Part shown: positions 52,324 to 61,961 of the stretch, one piece after another
How positions within the stretch are numbered: position 1 is the first letter of the stretch
How the letters are laid out: every line of letters starts with the position of its first letter
IMG/VR virus record: IMGVR_UViG_3300027793_000086
Direction: 5' to 3' (one strand)
Length of the DNA: 64,000 nucleotides
DNA from: an uncultured virus (IMG/VR IMGVR_UViG_3300027793_000086)
Lineage: Duplodnaviria > Heunggongvirae > Uroviricota > Caudoviricetes
Program-made: the position numbers and the translations under genes
The notes under the pieces: generated by a model
Seen by the model: only the letters and a program-made list of their open reading frames with translations
Told to the model about the DNA's origin: nothing
Databases searched by the model: none

Positions 52324-52776
52324 TTACCCCAGCAGCGCCGCCTCTGCGGCTCTACGCTTGACCAGACCGGGCAGTACACGCCCGCCACCGCGCACCCACT
52401 TCATCAACTCGGCCTGTGCGCCGCCTACATCGTCGGCGTTGATTCTCCGGCGCAACGTGCTGCTTGACAAGGCTCCAGTGCCACAGTTAAACGCGAAGTC
52501 AAGGATGGCCCCCACAGCGTTATCACCCCAGTCCTTAAGCCCTGGGCACAGCGCCCTGACCCTGGGCAGGCAGTGGTTCAGTTCCCACTCTAGTAGCGCC
52601 ATCGCTCTCTGACGAGTGATCGCAGGATCAGCAAGCGTAACACGCGCACCTGATTCGTAGAACGTGGAGCCAACCCCAATTGTTGGGACATTGGCTGGGC
52701 AAAGGTATGGCTTGAGGTACATCCCCTCAAAGACGAGGCATAGGTCACGCGCCACCTGTATAGCCTTATTTTCCAC
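52324..52776 (-). CDS. Endolysin, GH24 lysozyme
   Basis: FEG....PY.CPA.VPTIG.G (catalytic E..T), FAFNCG, KWV.GGG..LPGL.KRR.AE; GTG start at 52776. Confidence 0.92.
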   Translation of the reverse strand: MENKAIQVARDLCLVFEGMYLKPYLCPANVPTIGVGSTFYESGARVTLADPAITRQRAMALLEWELNHCLPRVRALCPGLKDWGDNAVGAILDFAFNCGTGALSSSTLRRRINADDVGGAQAELMKWVRGGGRVLPGLVKRRAAEAALLG

Positions 52777-53233
52777 GCTTGCCAAGGCTCCGGTCGGCAA
52801 AGAAAAAACCCAAGATGGTCCCCGCCAACGTGATGTCCCACTCCTGCATCAGCCAATTCTGAGAGTTGAGCTTCAGGACCCAGAGCACCAAAGCGATGGT
52901 TGCAGCAGAAGGCCGGATGATACCGTTCCAGATGTCCACGATGGCCCAGCCAGTGGGCTTGAATGCGTTCTCGATAGCTTTGGTGAAGGCGTCAGCTTCC
53001 GCTACCGCAACATCTGCCTCAGCCTTGGCCTCTACCGTCTTGATGCCCAGTTCGCTTTGAAGCCTGAGCATCTCTTGAGTACGCTGATGTTGGGCAGCGT
53101 CCAGATCACCTTGAAGGCGCAGGCGCTCAATTTCAAACGCATGGTCTTGCTTCTTGTTATACCAAGCAGAGATTTCGCCCCAAACCATCCGGAATACGGA
53201 GCCGCCAAGGAAGGAGAAAAGGGCTTCAAGCAT
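52766..53233 (-). CDS. Putative holin
   Basis: N-terminal hydrophobic segment, coiled coil, IRP motif, two TM helices, FFF.DRS.GK. Confidence 0.7.
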   Translation of the reverse strand: MLEALFSFLGGSVFRMVWGEISAWYNKKQDHAFEIERLRLQGDLDAAQHQRTQEMLRLQSELGIKTVEAKAEADVAVAEADAFTKAIENAFKPTGWAIVDIWNGIIRPSAATIALVLWVLKLNSQNWLMQEWDITLAGTILGFFFADRSLGKRGK

Positions 53234-53252
53234 GCTAAACGCCTTAAATGGA

Positions 53253-54506
53253 TTACAACTGCGTCAAATTTAACGTCAAAGACGCGGTACCTATGGTTCC
53301 AGTTGGGCTAGTTCTCGTCACAGACAGGGCACTATCTGTTGCGATACTATCACCCCAAAAATCTGTTGTAGTTGTGTTTGTCCATGCACTAGACGCGTAC
53401 ACCACCGAAGAGCTGCCTACTGTGTACGTTCCTGTTAAAGACCCGTCTGAAGGTAGCTTGGCAAATGAAGTGTTTGTGCCGACGTAAAGATTGTTTGACC
53501 TATCGATCTTTAGGCTGTATCCGAACCCACCCGCAGTGAGGCTTCTTTGCCATACTATAGAACCTGAACTGTTGTATTTTGTTATCTGTGCTTTTCCATC
53601 CATGTCGCCTAACGCATACACGTTATTGAAAGCGTCTACAGCGACAGATTGGTTACCACCGGTAGCTCCTGTTAAAGTCCTTTGCCACTGTATCGCCCCA
53701 CTGCTATCAGTCTTCAACAAACGTGGCACAGAAGTAACACCTGAAAAACCAGCAGCGTAGATATTATTGTTTTGATCCACCGCAAGATCGTTTGCAGCGC
53801 CATACCCAGATAAATACTTTTTCCATTGTTGAGTACCGCTAGTGTTGTACTTTGAAACGTAAGTACCCCCGTTGTCCCAGCCTCCAACGTAGATATTTTT
53901 AGAGCTGTCAAGAACTACACCTGACAGATAATGGCTTCCTACATATGCTGTTGTTTCGAAACTAGTTTGCTCCACGCCCGACGCATTGAATTTAATAAAA
54001 AATCCTAGCTCTTGCGTAGGTCCTGATTTCCCTACGATATAAACCTCCCCTGTCGCTTTATCTAAAAAACCACCTTGGGACCCTAAAAAGTATTGTTGTA
54101 CAAAGTTATTGTAAACTATTGAACCAGAAGAGTTAAGTTTAACTATTGCAAAACCAAGAGCGCCTGTTGAGATCTCGGGTATGGATGTAGAAAAGTAAAT
54201 ATTGCCGTTATTGTCAACGTCAAAAAATGAAAGGCCGTGGACGCCACTAAACCCAGAAACTGTAGTATTCCAAGTTTTTTGCCACTGTAATACACCGATA
54301 GAATTGTATTTTATAATATAGACATCATATGGAAATCCGGGACTTGATGCCAATAAGTACACGTTACCGTCGTAGTCTACGGTGGTAAAAATATAATAGT
54401 TATAAGATGAGATAGAGCCAATCCAATACGGGCCACCGATATTAGCAACGGATAGAAACCCAACTCCTCTTGATGAGGCGACACCACGAGTACCGATTAA
54501 CGGCAT
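53253..54506 (-). CDS. Beta-propeller receptor-binding/adhesin protein
   Basis: Repeats of VD..NNIY..G / KYNSSG..QWQ; markedly AT-rich; N-terminal MPLIGTRG attachment motif. Confidence 0.75.
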   Translation of the reverse strand: MPLIGTRGVASSRGVGFLSVANIGGPYWIGSISSYNYYIFTTVDYDGNVYLLASSPGFPYDVYIIKYNSIGVLQWQKTWNTTVSGFSGVHGLSFFDVDNNGNIYFSTSIPEISTGALGFAIVKLNSSGSIVYNNFVQQYFLGSQGGFLDKATGEVYIVGKSGPTQELGFFIKFNASGVEQTSFETTAYVGSHYLSGVVLDSSKNIYVGGWDNGGTYVSKYNTSGTQQWKKYLSGYGAANDLAVDQNNNIYAAGFSGVTSVPRLLKTDSSGAIQWQRTLTGATGGNQSVAVDAFNNVYALGDMDGKAQITKYNSSGSIVWQRSLTAGGFGYSLKIDRSNNLYVGTNTSFAKLPSDGSLTGTYTVGSSSVVYASSAWTNTTTTDFWGDSIATDSALSVTRTSPTGTIGTASLTLNLTQL

Positions 54507-55495
54507 TATGCAAACCTCGTTTGAGAGGCCAAAACGGTGAAAGCTGCTGCCCCCGTTTTAATAATTGTGTAGGCGTACACGTCAATACCTGATACGTTAC
54601 CCACCGTTGGTGCGGAGCCACCCTGCCATTTCGGCGTTACCGAAGCACCATCCACCTGCACTGCACTGTTGTAGTACGCCGTGGTTCCTTGGGTAACAAG
54701 GAACGCCACCGTCACGCTCTGCCCCGTGCTCATCGCCGTGTTCAGGCTTGTGCCGCTGCTGGCGCGGAAGTTCACCGTCCAGTTGGCCGAGGCGTTCGTG
54801 GTGTAGTACAGCACCGACTGCGTGGTGATGTCGTAGTTGATCGTACCCGTTGCCGCCGTGGCGGAAATCGTCACTACTTCTGCGGCGTCCGTCAAGACAG
54901 TAGCCAACGTACTGGACGAACCACTGAAGGTTTGCGTTGCCGTGAAAGTTGTGGCTGTTCCGGGGGCCACGTAGTCAGTGCCCGCAGTAGCGGCAGTGAA
55001 CGCCGAAGTGCCGTTGCCTTTGAGAACGCCAGTCAGAGTGGCTGCTCCCGTACCACCAGAAGCTACGGGCAGCGCTGAGCCAAGCGTCAGGGAGCCAAAG
55101 TAGTTCGTCGCCGTTACTACGTCTGTGCCATTGCAACGCAGAAAGGCCGTGGACCCATTGGGGACCGAGATCCCAGACCCAGCAGAGGTCTTGAGCGTTT
55201 GTGCAAAGCCCGTGTTGTTGAAGACGATGTAAACCTTGCTGACCGCAGGACAGATCACATTTCGCGCCAGTCCAGGGGAGCCCGTCAGGTTCAGCACCAT
55301 CGCCCGCGCTTCGTCGGTTGCGCCGTTGTTTGAGGACAGCGTGTAGTCCGCTGCCGTCATGGTAATCGTGGCGGTCCCCGCGATGGAGGTGTCCACCAGC
55401 GCCGTCAAGCCCGTATTGACCTGGGTGCCCCACGTACCAGAGTACTCCCCGGTATTAGGCTGGACCAGCCGAAGACTTGTGGTGTATGAAGCCAT
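54506..55495 (-). CDS. Tail fibre protein
   Basis: GE.SGTWG..N, LPVASGGTG, AGTDYV, C-terminal KWQGG.AP..DVY.YTIIK. Confidence 0.78.
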   Translation of the reverse strand: MASYTTSLRLVQPNTGEYSGTWGTQVNTGLTALVDTSIAGTATITMTAADYTLSSNNGATDEARAMVLNLTGSPGLARNVICPAVSKVYIVFNNTGFAQTLKTSAGSGISVPNGSTAFLRCNGTDVVTATNYFGSLTLGSALPVASGGTGAATLTGVLKGNGTSAFTAATAGTDYVAPGTATTFTATQTFSGSSSTLATVLTDAAEVVTISATAATGTINYDITTQSVLYYTTNASANWTVNFRASSGTSLNTAMSTGQSVTVAFLVTQGTTAYYNSAVQVDGASVTPKWQGGSAPTVGNVSGIDVYAYTIIKTGAAAFTVLASQTRFA

Positions 55496-55498
55496 GAT

Positions 55499-56008
55499 TT
55501 AGTGCCAGTTCGGAGACTGGGGGTTAGAGATCTGCGCCCATGCAGGGGCTTGCGTATCGGGCACTACCGACCATCCCGGCGTTTGACTTGTTCCCGCTGC
55601 GGTCCATCCCGGTGTTTGAATCGTCCCTGCCGCTGCCCACCCCGGTGATTGGGCGTCTAATATCAGTTGCCAGTTAGGCGTTTGCCCAGATGGGATGGTA
55701 ATCCAAGAGCCCGATGCCGTAAAGGAACTTTGCCAGTTTGGACTCTGCGTGCTCAGCACATCTGCCCAGCCCGGAGCTGGCGGTGTTGGAACATTGCCCC
55801 ACGATGAAGTCTGCGTATTTACAACAATCTGCCAATTTGGGATCTGCGTGTCATCAATGATGTTCCACAGTGCCGTAGTGACAGAGACATTCCCAATGAA
55901 ACCTTGGGCTTGAACTCCAATAACCTGAACAATGACACTTGTACCAGAGGAAACTGCTCCGTTGTAACTACCGAAGTAGCTGCCGAAGTAAGTGCCTGCG
56001 TAACTCAT
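55499..56008 (-). CDS. Virion protein with 11-aa Trp-periodic repeats
   Basis: W-x5-Q-(T/S)-P-(N/G) repeats in the C-terminal two thirds. Confidence 0.7.
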   Translation of the reverse strand: MSYAGTYFGSYFGSYNGAVSSGTSVIVQVIGVQAQGFIGNVSVTTALWNIIDDTQIPNWQIVVNTQTSSWGNVPTPPAPGWADVLSTQSPNWQSSFTASGSWITIPSGQTPNWQLILDAQSPGWAAAGTIQTPGWTAAGTSQTPGWSVVPDTQAPAWAQISNPQSPNWH

Positions 56009-56856
56009 GTCGGGTTCAAAGTTGTTACGTCTCTTGTACCGGTTGTGTAAGAAGCCTGCACTCGGATAGTCGCGCCGTCAACACTGCGGAACACCATTGT
56101 GCTCCCTTCCAAACCAGTGGCATCTCCAGCATTGACCGCAAGCAATAGCCGCATAACGTCACGCAAGGTCAGAGTGCCTTCTACGATACCTAGCAGTGGA
56201 TCAGCCGCCGTACCCGCAGAGTTTAGCAACTCGCCCATCGTGCCGGGGTCGTTGTATGCGCTGGACAAAGCACTCCATACCGCCGCCGCTAAATTTTGCG
56301 GGCTGAGTTCTGTAAACGGCGTGATGTCGCCCGACAGGTTGCCCGTGGCGCGTGGCGTGGCGCTAGCCGAGAACTGCACCAGCGTGGCGCCGACAGCGTC
56401 AACGATGGCCCCAAGCGTGGCGTTGTTGACCGTGAACGTGACTGCTGTGCTGCCCGATGCCGACAGAGCGCCGGCCAAGTTGGCCGCAAGGTTGAACGTG
56501 ATGGAGGCGTTGCCGACCGCCGAGACGATCAGTTGCCCGTCTGCCGGGTTGACAGTAATCGTGACCGTCGTAGAGCCGTTAATATTAACGCCAGCCGCAA
56601 GATTTAGCAGCCCCGGCGTGACCGTCACCACCAGATTGGTGAACGACGACATCGCCCCCGGCTTGTACGGTAGCACCCACGACGATGGCGCGAGGTGCCC
56701 GGAGGGGATGCCCGCCAGCTTGGACGGGATGCCCTGGCCCACGGACTGGTTGCGCAGATCCGTGCGGCCCCACATCGGGCGCAGCGTGCCCACCGCGCCC
56801 CCGAGGTGGCGCAGCGGCATCTGAGCCAGCAATGTGGTGTTCTGCTTCAGCCCCAC
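56005..56856 (-). CDS. Tail/fibre-associated structural protein
   Basis: GTG start at 56856 behind GGAG (the ORF-track N-extension overlaps the upstream gene); LSPQNLAAAVW..GTMG motif. Confidence 0.65.
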   Translation of the reverse strand: MGLKQNTTLLAQMPLRHLGGAVGTLRPMWGRTDLRNQSVGQGIPSKLAGIPSGHLAPSSWVLPYKPGAMSSFTNLVVTVTPGLLNLAAGVNINGSTTVTITVNPADGQLIVSAVGNASITFNLAANLAGALSASGSTAVTFTVNNATLGAIVDAVGATLVQFSASATPRATGNLSGDITPFTELSPQNLAAAVWSALSSAYNDPGTMGELLNSAGTAADPLLGIVEGTLTLRDVMRLLLAVNAGDATGLEGSTMVFRSVDGATIRVQASYTTGTRDVTTLNPT

Positions 56857-57725
56857 GCCATCTCCAGCGAGCCGTAGAAGTTGGTGCTCGCCGCCGTGGC
56901 CGCGCCCGCGAAGTACAGCCACACCAAGCACGCGCCGTCTTTGACCTGGGGCAGGCTCGGGATCTGGTTCAACAGGTCGCGCTCGCCCGCCACCGAGGCT
57001 GTCGTGATCGGCAAGGTCAGCAAAGGCCGCGCAAGGCACAGCGCCCCGGTGCCGGTGTTTGCGGCGGACATGGTGACCGAGGCCACGTTGGACACGCCTG
57101 TGTCGCCGGACGCCAGGGGCAGGAACGGCCCGTAGTTGTTGGCCGCAGTGCCGGAGTGGCTGATGTGGCCTGCAATCGCCGAGGCAGTCATGGCGACTGT
57201 GACCGGCAGCGCCCTGCCCGAAGTCGGCACCGTGTTGCTGTAGCTGAGCGCGATGTTTTGGGCCGTGGCACCCGCTGCGGCGGTCTGCACCCAGAACAGT
57301 CGGCACCCGGCCCCGTTGGTGTAGCGCAGGCTCGGCGTGCCCGTCAGCGTCTGAGCCACAGCACTGTTGTTGCTGATGCCGGGCCAGTAGCCTTGCAGGT
57401 CCACCAGCATCAGTTGTGCAGGCACGCCCGTGGCCACCGCCGTCACTGCCGAGACGTTCAGGATGTGCTTGGTGTCCGGGCTGACGTTGCCACCGTGCGG
57501 GATGCCGAAGATCTGCGTGCCGTTGCCCGTGGCCTCATCGCAAGTGCGCCACGCCAGCGCAGTGCCCGCCCAAGCGTTTGCCACGGGAGTGCCGTTCAGG
57601 TTGCTCATGTCATACCACCGGCCCGCCGCGTAGGCGGCAGCGCCTGTCAGCTTGTTCCAGTCGGCACGACTGAACTTGCCGCTGGTCATCTCGTTGATCA
57701 GATCATCCATCGATGAGAAAGGCAT
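56847..57725 (-). CDS. Virion structural protein (paralog A)
   Basis: 292 aa, RYTNG.G, PFLPLASGD.G, LPQVKDGACL; high GC. Confidence 0.7.
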   Translation of the reverse strand: MPFSSMDDLINEMTSGKFSRADWNKLTGAAAYAAGRWYDMSNLNGTPVANAWAGTALAWRTCDEATGNGTQIFGIPHGGNVSPDTKHILNVSAVTAVATGVPAQLMLVDLQGYWPGISNNSAVAQTLTGTPSLRYTNGAGCRLFWVQTAAAGATAQNIALSYSNTVPTSGRALPVTVAMTASAIAGHISHSGTAANNYGPFLPLASGDTGVSNVASVTMSAANTGTGALCLARPLLTLPITTASVAGERDLLNQIPSLPQVKDGACLVWLYFAGAATAASTNFYGSLEMAWG

Positions 57726-57728
57726 GCT

Positions 57729-58583
57729 TTATCCCCAGACAAATTGCACCCACCCGCGCAGGGGGGTGTAGTTGGTTGTGTTCAACAGCGCGATCATGTT
57801 CAGATACGCGCCTTCTTTGATCTCAGGCACGTTGGCGTTCTGATTGAAGAACGTCTTTTCGGCTTGTGTGTTGGCCTCGAAGATCTGAATCTGCGCCAGC
57901 GGCTTGACCAGCACGAAGTTCACAAACCCACCCGCACCACCCAAGAAGGTGACGCTTTCAATCGACCGGATGCCCTTGTCGCCATTAGCCAGGGGCGCGA
58001 ACGGGCTCACCGCCGTGCTTACGATGCTGTCGCTGCCTGTGTTGCCGATCAGGCCAATGTTGCCCGATGCAGTGACCCCGAAGGTCACTATGCGACCCGC
58101 CACACCATTGCTGTTGGTGTAGTTGACCGTGCACTGCACCGAGTTTGCAGTCGGCGTTGCAATCACGCACATCAGCCTCACGCCATGGCCATCCATGTAT
58201 CTGGGCAGCGTGAGCGCGTTGTCCATCGCCTGCGGGTCGGCATCGTCGCCGTCAACCAGCGGGTAGAACATGAGGTAGTCGCACAGCATGAAGTGCGACG
58301 GCACCCCCACGCCCGCTGTGCCGATGGACATGGCGTGCAGGTACTTGGTCAGCCCGACTGGCGGCGTCGGCCCGGCGTAGATGCCCCGGTTGCCCTCGCC
58401 GTAGACAGGTGTGGCCTGGAACTGTGAGCCGACGTAAGCCTGATAGACCGGGATGCCCGAACCCACCGAGGTGTCCACCCAGCGCCCGCCGACGTTGGGG
58501 CCTGTGGTCTTGTAGAAGAATGACTGCCAAGTGTTGCTGCCATCCGCAGCATCGCCCAGCACGCGAACGCTATTCAGCGACAT
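57729..58583 (-). CDS. Virion structural protein (paralog B)
   Basis: 284 aa, LPRYMDG.G, PF.PLANGDKG, PEIKEGAYL. Confidence 0.7.
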   Translation of the reverse strand: MSLNSVRVLGDAADGSNTWQSFFYKTTGPNVGGRWVDTSVGSGIPVYQAYVGSQFQATPVYGEGNRGIYAGPTPPVGLTKYLHAMSIGTAGVGVPSHFMLCDYLMFYPLVDGDDADPQAMDNALTLPRYMDGHGVRLMCVIATPTANSVQCTVNYTNSNGVAGRIVTFGVTASGNIGLIGNTGSDSIVSTAVSPFAPLANGDKGIRSIESVTFLGGAGGFVNFVLVKPLAQIQIFEANTQAEKTFFNQNANVPEIKEGAYLNMIALLNTTNYTPLRGWVQFVWG

Positions 58584-58704
58584 CGGGTGTCACCTCAACA
58601 TGCCAATCCACCGCGCCATCTGGGTGCTCCGGGCACTGTTGCACCTCGTTGTCCACAAGCTCAAGGCCTCGCAGACAGTGGGCGCAAAAGTACCGCAGAG
58701 TCAC
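58570..58704 (-). CDS. 44-aa Zn-binding protein
   Basis: Not in the ORF track; MTLRYFCAHC...CPEHPDG; fills the gap between two genes. Confidence 0.55.
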   Translation of the reverse strand: MTLRYFCAHCLRGLELVDNEVQQCPEHPDGAVDWHVEVTPDVAE

Positions 58705-58705
58705 A

Positions 58706-59146
58706 TCAGTCCACGGTGGCGGTCATGGCACCGGCAGCGAACTGCGGCTGGATGCCGTTGCTGATCGACAGGCTGCTGTTCAGCGCACCCTTGAGCAGCA
58801 GATTGCCCGCGCCGCTGGAGTCCGTGCCGATGCCGAAATGTGTGGCCGTGGCGGTGCCCGCCGTACATTGACCGAACTGCACCAGCGCGGTGTTGGCAAT
58901 GGTAGACACCGTTCGCGTCCAGCCGCCTGCGGTGCGGTTCACAGCCACGCGGGCGTAGCCGGTGTAGCTGATCTCGTTGGTGCTCTGGTTGCCCGCCTCT
59001 CCAGGGTCTGCGCTGTGCAAGCTAATAAAGAACGAGCCTGCCGTAGCCGAGTTCTGCAGGCCAGCGGCGTCCCCGATGTTCGCCCAATCGACGTTCAGGA
59101 ACAGAAGGTCGAGAAGTGCCGCTTCGGCGGCGTTGGTCATGGACAT
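58706..59146 (-). CDS. Tail fibre/baseplate-associated small protein
   Basis: ISLHSADPGE..NE.SY.GYARV..F..C..THFGIG. Confidence 0.7.
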   Translation of the reverse strand: MSMTNAAEAALLDLLFLNVDWANIGDAAGLQNSATAGSFFISLHSADPGEAGNQSTNEISYTGYARVAVNRTAGGWTRTVSTIANTALVQFGQCTAGTATATHFGIGTDSSGAGNLLLKGALNSSLSISNGIQPQFAAGAMTATVD

Positions 59147-59155
59147 GGTATTTCC

Positions 59156-59578
59156 TTACGCGATACGAATGATTGCGTTGGTTGCATTTGCAACAGGGAA
59201 CTGGACGGTAAACGTACTACTAGAGGAGGACTTATCCTGCCCAAAGTCCAGCACCGCGACAGATTTATTTCCCTTGCTGGAGTTGTATATCAACGCTCCT
59301 CGGGCCGTGATGGTCGCAGAGGTAAATGAGATATTGTCAAACGTCACCCAAGCGGTAGTGCCAGAACTTGCCACTGTTACGCCTGTCAGCGTCCCGCCAC
59401 CAGCAACGTATGACCCGCTTGCAGCCACTTCGTTGGTTGAGGAATAGACCGTGGTCGCAGCGCCTAGATCCGCAGCAGAAGTGTACAAGGCAAGTTTGAA
59501 CGTGTCCGTACCAAAAACCTGGGTGCCCGTGAATAGCTCCGCTTTGAAGCTGGTGGTCATCGTTTGAACGATAGCCAT
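59156..59578 (-). CDS. Virion structural protein
   Basis: SFK.EL, FKLALYT, Y.AGG..L, ARGALIYN, VLDFG.DK. Confidence 0.72.
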   Translation of the reverse strand: MAIVQTMTTSFKAELFTGTQVFGTDTFKLALYTSAADLGAATTVYSSTNEVAASGSYVAGGGTLTGVTVASSGTTAWVTFDNISFTSATITARGALIYNSSKGNKSVAVLDFGQDKSSSSSTFTVQFPVANATNAIIRIA

Positions 59579-59579
59579 A

Positions 59580-60230
59580 TCAGATCACCTGTGTCCTTAC
59601 CTGCCCACTGCGGTAGGCATCTTGACGGTTCTTGCCATCACCCAGGTTCTTCAGCAGCGTCAGGGACTGCACGTACTGCTTGTCCGTATCGGCCACGATG
59701 TCAGGCTCCTGCTTCATAAACCGAGCAGCCTCGACCAGCACCGCGTTGAACAGCACGGAGTCAAAGTTGTCGCCCAACCAAGACGTACCGGCAGTGACAA
59801 TGCTGACCGGGTAGTAGAAGTAGTGCAGTTCTGCTGACAGATTCGCACTGGGCGTCGGCCCAAGGATGAACGTCAACTCCGTCAAATTTGACGAGTCAGG
59901 GCCAAACAGCGCGTAGTACTTTGGAGTACCCGTCGTGGACGGGTTAGGAAACGCGGAGCGGATGAAGTTCACATCCTTGTTCAGCAGATACTCGTAGTTT
60001 CCTGAAGCATCAATGACTGCAAGACTGAAGACAGACAAGAAGTCTGTCGGCGCGGACAGGTACTGATTGCCAGACGTCAACGTACCAGTAACGTTTTTCC
60101 GAAGCGCCGGAAGCTGAACAGAGTTGTAGATGCGCTGCTCTGCCAACTTCGTCATTGTGGCAAAGTCAGTCGCCGAGAACGTGTTCTCGACGTAATCCTC
60201 GCAGGCAACCTTGAGCGCAGCGTAGTCCAA
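59580..60230 (-). CDS. Head-tail adaptor (tail tubular A-like)
   Basis: AEQRI, P.DFL, G.PKYYA, GPTP, ELHYFY.P. Confidence 0.75.
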   Translation of the reverse strand: MDYAALKVACEDYVENTFSATDFATMTKLAEQRIYNSVQLPALRKNVTGTLTSGNQYLSAPTDFLSVFSLAVIDASGNYEYLLNKDVNFIRSAFPNPSTTGTPKYYALFGPDSSNLTELTFILGPTPSANLSAELHYFYYPVSIVTAGTSWLGDNFDSVLFNAVLVEAARFMKQEPDIVADTDKQYVQSLTLLKNLGDGKNRQDAYRSGQVRTQVI

Positions 60231-60238
60231 GGCTCACC

Positions 60239-60430
60239 TCACGCCATCGGCCCGCGAGACATGAAGCCCCGCGTAGCAGCACCAGACCCACGCTGCTTGA
60301 TGCCGGAAGTTTTGGCGGATGGAGCAGGATGCTTGGAGATGTTGTTCACCACCATGCAGAGGTCCCGAGGGTTCTCGGCTTCCTGGGGGTATGCCTGCTT
60401 GGCAGGCGGCAGCTTTGTGATCTTGCCCAT
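60239..60430 (-). CDS. Small basic protein
   Basis: KTSGIKQRG.GAATRG..RGPMA. Confidence 0.65.
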   Translation of the reverse strand: MGKITKLPPAKQAYPQEAENPRDLCMVVNNISKHPAPSAKTSGIKQRGSGAATRGFMSRGPMA

Positions 60431-60433
60431 GGC

Positions 60434-60592
60434 TCACCCCGTCTTCTGGTTCATGGCGCGGGACATATTCTTGCCCAGGCGCATGCGGTCCTCAGAGGTG
60501 GGACCACCCTTTTTGAAGCCCTTGCTGTGCATGGCCTTCACGTGCTTGCCAACTTCTTGCTTGGCAACCTTACGCATTGCTTTTTCCATCAT
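60434..60592 (-). CDS. 52-aa basic protein
   Basis: Not in the ORF track; MMEKAMRK...HSKGFKKGGPT...NQKTG; RBS AGGAG. Confidence 0.65.
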   Translation of the reverse strand: MMEKAMRKVAKQEVGKHVKAMHSKGFKKGGPTSEDRMRLGKNMSRAMNQKTG

Positions 60593-60597
60593 GGCTC

Positions 60598-60990
60598 CTA
60601 TGCCGTTATAACGGTGACTGTACCTACTAAACCACTTGGTGCCAAGGCATTTGGCGTCAAGGCGGCATCAAAACTTCTGGACCCACCAACCGGGTTCCAG
60701 CCCCACTCAATCACCCGGCTACCCCCGCCGAACGAGCCCGTAGCAGTCACACCAGACGAGTACCAAGTGTTCGTGTCTGGACGCGGATCTCGTATGGCGA
60801 TTGGGTCGCTGACCGGGTACATGCCAAGCTGCAACTGCGGATGATCCATCGACCAGCATTGAGGACACGCTTTGATCTGCGTTTGTTTGGTCTTTACGAC
60901 TTCGTTTTTAAGCCTCTTTAGTGGAAACCTAAAATTGCAATAATCGCAAAACCCGAAGGCCTTAGCACCATTTGCGAAGCGGTTGCTCAT
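60598..60990 (-). CDS. Zn-ribbon virion-assembly protein
   Basis: CDYC...CPQCW..DHPQLQ...RDPRPD. Confidence 0.7.
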   Translation of the reverse strand: MSNRFANGAKAFGFCDYCNFRFPLKRLKNEVVKTKQTQIKACPQCWSMDHPQLQLGMYPVSDPIAIRDPRPDTNTWYSSGVTATGSFGGGSRVIEWGWNPVGGSRSFDAALTPNALAPSGLVGTVTVITA

Positions 60991-61682
60991 GATATGAATT
61001 GTTGACGCGGGACGAACCGGACAGCACTCTTATCTCTGTCCTCGGAACTAGCCAGATCCCACGCCATATCGTATTGCTCTTTCAGCACCTGCATGCGCTC
61101 CATCGCGCCGGGGATCTTCATGGACAGGTAGTAGGCAAGTCCCGATACCAAAGCAGGGATGAACCTAAACGGTACATCTTGTGTGTACGTCCCGCCCGCA
61201 CCAGCGTCCTGAATCCTGCGAAGCCGCCAGTAGACAAGCGTATACGTCTGCGAATTGTCAGGCGTAGGCCACACCGTGAACTGCGGAGCAGGGCCTTGGC
61301 GGTTGATCCAAATTTGGATTGGCCTTGCCTGCTGCAGTTTGTTCGGGATAGACGAGTAGGTAGAAACACTGATGCGCGTGATGGTCAAGTCCGTCTGCGT
61401 AGATGCAGAGCCCGCACCCGTGCGGATCACATGCTCAATCAAATCCACCGTGTCGGCGGGCAGCGTGTAGGTATTGGTGCCAGGAGTCAGGACTTGTTGG
61501 CCCTGCTCAATGGTCCACATATTGATGCCACGGTTCGCCCAATCTGCAAAGAGAAGATTTAGGCTACGTCTTGCAGTACGGAGATCGTAGCCCGTGCGCA
61601 ACTCAGCACCACAACGCTCAAAGGCTTCTTCAACAGCCTCGTTGAGGTCGAGATTAAACGTAGTGGTGCCGGATGTGGTCAT
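60987..61682 (-). CDS. Head-to-tail adaptor/connector protein
   Basis: EEAFERCG, TARRSLNL..W.NRG..W, IPNK, WP.PD, RF.P...GLAYY. Confidence 0.75.
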   Translation of the reverse strand: MTTSGTTTFNLDLNEAVEEAFERCGAELRTGYDLRTARRSLNLLFADWANRGINMWTIEQGQQVLTPGTNTYTLPADTVDLIEHVIRTGAGSASTQTDLTITRISVSTYSSIPNKLQQARPIQIWINRQGPAPQFTVWPTPDNSQTYTLVYWRLRRIQDAGAGGTYTQDVPFRFIPALVSGLAYYLSMKIPGAMERMQVLKEQYDMAWDLASSEDRDKSAVRFVPRQQFIS

Positions 61683-61685
61683 GGC

Positions 61686-61961
61686 TTACTTTGCTGTCAG
61701 CGCAGAACGCTTGAAGGCTTTGGCAGTAGGAGCGCCGGGAGAACCCGGCTTACGCATCTTCTCACCTGATCCAGCGGCAATGCGTTTACGCTTTGCATTG
61801 ATGTTGGCGTAGAGGCCAACTTCCCCACCTTCGGCGTACTCAGTAAAGTCTGTGTTGTCCCTGCGGGCATGGCGCTTGCCACCTTCCAAAAAGTCGGTGT
61901 TGTCACGGCGCTTCTTCACCACACCCTTGCGGATGGCTCCCATGCCACGACTTGCGATCAA
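61686..61961 (-). CDS. Small basic protein
   Basis: SRGMGAI, duplicated RRDNTDF, YAEGG, GLYANI.AKR.R. Confidence 0.7.
   Translation of the reverse strand: MIASRGMGAIRKGVVKKRRDNTDFLEGGKRHARRDNTDFTEYAEGGEVGLYANINAKRKRIAAGSGEKMRKPGSPGAPTAKAFKRSALTAK

Noticed and set aside
53253..56008. Diversity-generating retroelement acting on fibre genes
   Set aside because: No reverse transcriptase and no template/variable repeat pair seen
56857..57306. N-terminal ~150 aa of the 433-aa ORF
   Set aside because: Overlaps the 292-aa gene in another frame; a GTG start with RBS at 56856 is more plausible
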